Shown: positions 59,041 to 64,000 of the stretch, piece by piece
Layout of the letters: every line of letters starts with the position of its first letter
Position numbering within the stretch: the stretch's first letter is position 1
Assembly (NCBI RefSeq): GCF_009914755.1
Contig: NC_060927.1
Reading direction: 5' to 3' (one strand)
Length of the DNA: 64,000 nt
Origin: the human T2T-CHM13v2.0 reference genome, Homo sapiens
The notes under the pieces: model-generated
Told to the model about the DNA's origin: nothing
The model's input: the letters and a program-made list of their open reading frames with translations, nothing else
Databases searched by the model: none
Program-made: the position numbers and the translations under genes

Positions 59041-60106
59041 GGTTTTTTTTGTTTGTTTGTTTTGTTTTGATTATTGCCAACTTTAAGCACAAAATTTTAT
59101 AATCAACTTAAAGTCTTAAGAACATTCCAATTATAGTCAACTCTTAATTATACATACTCAAGAAGTTCAGCAATGGTTGAATAATTCAAAATGGGTTTAT
59201 GTGGTCCTGAAATAAATCAAAAGATGTGTTTGTGTTACTAACTTCCCAGATTTTCTTAGGACAATAGGAATCTCAGTTTGCATTAACTGGTCAGAAATTA
59301 ATGCTGTAGACCTCATCAAGCCAGAAAGGTAGAAATATTAAAATTTATACTTTTCTGCTGTTAATCTATAAGGTGAGCAATAATAAACACATGTAACCAA
59401 AGTAGACTAAAAGTTTTCAAGACTACATTTGTTTTAGATTCCAACATATGAAGAACTGTGTAAGACTAAATTCATACATAAGAGGACATGATTTTTGTCA
59501 ATCTCACATTTCTACCATCAAAGACTATACTTTAAAATGCCAATTTTTTAAAAATATGCGAAGAGTACTTTAACAGATATATCAGAAAAGATTAATACAT
59601 ACCGAATTAGAAGTAGGTAGTATCCTTTAATTAACACACTGGACTATACATCTCTAAAGTCTTTACCTGCCCCTTGCTTCTTATAGGATACCTCTCTATA
59701 ACATGCTTAGCTTAAAAAAAAAATTCTATGGCCTTTAACCAATTTTAACAGAAATTTTAAGAAACTAGTGTTTCAATTATTCTCACCTTCCCTACAGGGT
59801 CAGAAAAGCACTAAATAATGTCTAAGGGCAAATCCTAAATAAAATGTAAGAGAAGACACTTAGGCAAGTTTTTATTTTTTATTTTTTTTTATTTTTTGGC
59901 AAACAGACTACTCAACTGAAAAAAATTCATAGTTTCTGGATTGCAGATCTATACATCTGAAATAGAAAATATTTTTGTCATAATTTTAAAAATAATTTTT
60001 CTTAGCATTTAGTTGTTTTAGGCTTTCAAGTCCCATGCAAGCCAGAAATAAAGGATGTGCTGCAAAGATAGGGAATTCATAAACCCATGCTATGCATCCT
60101 GGTAAA

Positions 60107-60631
60107 CAGTGGTCCCCAACCTTTTTGGCACCAGGGACCGGTTTTGTGGAAAACATGGACCAGTGAAGCAGGGGATGGTTTTGGGATGATTCAAGCGCAT
60201 TACATTTATTGTGCACTTTATTTCTATTATTATTACATTGTAATATATAACAAAAGGATTATACAATTCATTATAAGGTAGAATCAGTGGGAGCCCTGAG
60301 CTTGTTTTCCCGCAACTAGACAGTCCCATGTGGGGGTGATGGGAGACAGTGACCGATCATCAGGCATTAGATTCTCATAAGGAGTGCGCAACCTAGATCC
60401 CTCACACATGCAGTTCACAATAGGGTTCTTGCTCCTATGAGAATCTAATGCCACTGCTGATCTGACAGGAGGTTGAGCTCAGGTGGTAATGTATGTGAGC
60501 GATGGGGGGCAGCTGTCAATACAGATGAAACTTTGCTCACTCCCCAGCTGCTCAGCTCCTGCTGTACAAGCCCAATTCCTAACAGGCCACAGACTGGTAC
60601 TGGTTGGTGATCCAGGAGCTGGGGAGCCCAG
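60107..60631. mobile_element. MER1A hAT (Charlie) DNA transposon, ~525 bp
   Basis: TIR cagtggtccccaac...gctggggagcccag; degenerate 8-bp TSD ctggtaaa / ctgttaag. Confidence 0.88.
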
Positions 60632-62870
60632 CTGTTAAGAATAGGTGGAGGATCTTCAGCAGGGAGTGTCATGAGTTTCAAGTCCTTGCCAAATGAATAA
60701 CAACCATGAATACACATGGTATTTGCCTTTCACAAGATCAGAGATCATTCTCTCCTTGCACAGAAATACCAGAAAGGAAAAGAAGCAGATTCTAAAACAA
60801 TGACAATTTGTTTATATTTGCTCTTTTTCTTCCCACTTGGTTACATTATTTTTAATCTTAAAAGATAAGTTAGTGAGGATGAGACTTACTGGCAAAACTA
60901 CTGCAGTATAAAATCTGGGTCTTTGCTTTACTATAGGTTTTAGAATTTTAGCATTTATATAATATCTCAAGCATTGAAAATGGTATGTAATAAGCTCTGG
61001 TGCAAAATGTTAAGTGTTCCTTGTACCTGTACATGTGCTAAGTAGATAAGGCACTGTGTGCCAGGTCACTAAAGTCATCCACTATGTGGATGCCTACATT
61101 CCTGTTTGCTGTTATAATGATCCTTTGGGTTTTCTCAAGCTTAATAAGTCTATTCCCAGAAATATATCACTCGGTTTGGGGAATAACTGGGTGTGCCCTG
61201 AATGAATTAATGAGTTAATTAATTTAGCATGATAATTCATAAATAATGGCTTCTACCACACTTATTTCATTTTAAATTTCAGAAATACTCAGAGAAAGGG
61301 AAAATCATCTTTATGCTGTACCAAAAAATGTAATAAAGTTATGTTGTATATTGTACCATTGGAATAATAATTACTCCGGTATGAACACAGAACTTCAAAT
61401 ATAATCTGATTTTTTCTAACTCTGTTAACTAAGACTTTGGAGGAAACTGAGGCATCATATATTATTTGCATACAAGTACATCTCTGTTAAAATTTTTCTA
61501 TCAGAAATCATAAGTTCCCATTGCTTCTCTGGACTATTTGATAACTGTAACCTCTACTACCATGAAGAGGAAGACACAGCACAGGGGATTTCCAGTTCTG
61601 GCTTCAAAATTCATATTACAGTGAAACTCTTTTGACCCATCTCTTGAGGTCCTGAAATTTTTATCTTACTGCTTTCAAAAAGTATTACTGTAAAATCTGG
61701 AACCCAAAGGGGAAGCATACTTAATTTTGAAAGTTCCTAAAACTAAAATTTGTTTACCCACACCAGATTTGGATTATTTATTTAAATTTACTTGTTAATT
61801 GCCTAAGAACAAGCTCCTTCCCTCATTCCCTCAAAACAGAGGATAAAGCATTTCACATTCTCTTCAAGCCCCAAGATAGGGATAAATGTTTTGAATTATG
61901 TTAGCAAAATTCTACTGCTCTGAAAACAAGAATTCTAGGTCCCTAACTTCCTCCGAATAACTGAGAATAAGACACTAGACTAGAGGGAAGGTAGGAATTT
62001 CAAGTAGGCCAGGGGAACATTACAGAGGTAAGTCACAAATCAAGTAAATTCCATGTCATTTGGGTTATGTTTGTACGTAAATTTTGTACCTTTAAAAATG
62101 TTTAGTTAACATCTAAGAAGGAAAAATATTCATCTGTTGAACTCCAGTTTTGGTAAAAGTTAAGCTTAGAAAAAATTGATACATTTAAGCAAATGGGTGG
62201 GGCAAGCAGGTGGTGAGGCTTTGAGTATACGGCACATCATACTTGTAAGATACGGGATGAAACTGAGGTGACTGTGGCTGATTATAAATGCAAAGTACCT
62301 TGTAACAAGGAGTCATTCCATAAAAATCCTCTTGTGTATTTTATGCTGAACAAACAAAATAAATATGCTTAAAACCAGTTTAGGATAGCCTTTTATAGCA
62401 TTTTATATTAAACCTTGAATAAAAATGTAGATGATACATCAACTAGGACCAAGTGAGATGGTAGTGATCAAGTGTTCTACAAAACTAAAAAGTAAACCAA
62501 AGAGACAAAGGAAACAAATACTGAATCAGTTATTCTCATTTGATTGCTTTACTACTCTGAAAAGCCTTTTCTGACAACCCAGAGCTCCCTCACAAATTTG
62601 CTTCCTTTCCTCCTAATAAATGGTGAAACTAAACCCATAGAAATAAAAGTGATTTTAATAAATGTGATACAGCTTGCTAACTAGCTGAATTAAGATGATT
62701 AATAATTCATATTCTTTGCACCGATGTCTCTAATTCACTGAAAAAAGGAAGACTGACATCCTTCAGTGAAATTTGTTAAAAGACTCTTTTAAGGTTATCT
62801 TTCTTATGTAAGACAGAAAAGGCTTGAATTTCAATTTACTCTTGTGCCACTTAGCTTTAACTAGGCCAGG

Positions 62871-63779
62871 TGCTATGGTTAGAATGTGTGAGCTAAGTTC
62901 ATGTGTTGGAAACTTAATTTCCAATGCAACAGTGTTGGGAAGTGGAGCCTAATAAAATATGATTAGTTTATAAGCACTCTACCTTCATGAATAGATTAAT
63001 GTCGTTATCTTGGGAGTGGGTTTGTTATTGCCAGAGTAGGCTTGTAAGGAAATCAAGTTCCACTCTCTCTTGCTGTCTTGCCCTTCCACTTTCCACCATG
63101 GGATGATGCAGTAAGAAGACCCTCACAAGATGCTGGTGCCTCCATACAGTCATGCACCACAACAACAGATCACATATATGATGGTGGTCCCATAAGATTA
63201 TTTTTACTGTACCCTTTCTATGTTTAGATACATAAATACTTGACATTGTATTATACTTGCATACAGTATTCATTACAGTAGTACATGCTATACAGGTTTC
63301 TAGCCTAGGAGCAACACCTTATTCCACACAGTCTAGGTCTAGTAGGCTATCTGCCACCTCACTGGTCATTCCTTTTCTTGAATGAGCCAAGTTCCCTCCA
63401 GCCCAGGACTTCTACCTGTGAGGTTCCCTCTGTCTATAATGCCCTCCACCAACCCACTCACCCACACGTCTATAGACTAGTTGATTTGAGACTTCCCTCA
63501 GCTCTCAATCTGACTCTCCTCAACACCCCCAACCCCACCACCCCAGCCTAAATAGTAGGCTGGCTATAGTATCCAGGATTGTGTAAGTAAATTCTATGAC
63601 GTTCTCACAACCACAAAATTGCCTCATGATGCATTTCTCAGAATGTATTCCTGTATTTAAGCAACACATGATTATGTTGGACTTCCTAGCCTCCAGAACT
63701 GTAGGAAATAAATTTCTGTCCTTTATAAATTACCAAGTCTCAGGTATTCTTTTACAGCAGCAGACAACATATGGAGACA
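62871..63779 (+). mobile_element. MST-type MaLR LTR split by a Tigger insertion
   Basis: tgctatggtt...ccctcacaagatgctggtgcc | ttggacttcctagcctccagaactgtaggaaataaatt...gagaca. Confidence 0.82.
63147..63672 (+). mobile_element. Tigger3a-like MITE containing a ~200-bp foreign insert
   Basis: TA|cagtcatgc...ggtggtcccataagattat...gcctaggagcaa...gtgtaagta..ctatga...gcatttctcagaatgtat...aagcaacacatga|TA. Confidence 0.8.
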
Positions 63780-64000
63780 TCATTTTTTTCTAATCACTTC
63801 TTAAAAGAACATATGGAAAATTGAAGAGTGCAACTATTAAGTTGTGATTAAAAAGTGTTTTGGTTTTTTAATTTAGCACTATTCAGGGCAGTGCAATACA
63901 GTGTGTATATACACAGATACACATATATACACATAGAAATTCTTCCTATATAAATATTCACTAAATATAAAGCTTGTGTGGTTTTTAAGGAATTAATTGA

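Noticed and set aside
60884-60889. Isolated minus-strand donor-like motifs (GTAAGT here; GTGAGT ~40710; GTAAGT ~46412)
   Set aside because: No convincing paired acceptor was found, so no exon was called.

Overview
Human (primate) genomic DNA from the phospholipid scramblase cluster, which I recognise as 3q24. The right half holds PLSCR1 on the minus strand. All eight coding exons (exons 2-9) can be read with canonical GT-AG junctions and splice into a 957-nt CDS encoding the 318-aa protein MDKQNSQ...QEQKSGVW. The 3'UTR ends near 36.34 kb, and the non-coding exon 1/promoter is not visible and presumably lies just beyond the right edge. The left ~36 kb is intergenic and dominated by transposon fossils: two large dead L1s, a 5'-inverted L1, solo LTRs (THE1, LTR12C, MER41B, MER50-like, MLT1/MST), Alus and DNA transposons. 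It probably also includes the distal non-coding first exon of PLSCR2 near 17.1 kb. No prokaryotic-type system, RNA gene or CRISPR array is present. The most interesting observations are: (i) an 84-codon overlapping reading frame in PLSCR1 exons 3-4 whose ATG becomes in-frame with the scramblase domain if exon 4 is skipped, with exon 4 bracketed by inverted Alus; (ii) a GAS-bearing MER41B LTR next to an AP-1/ARE/octamer cluster between two scramblase genes; (iii) an old ~250-bp inverted duplication not explained by a repeat I recognise; (iv) several mechanistically unusual retroelement junctions. Repeat subfamily names come from memory of consensus sequences, not from a database search.
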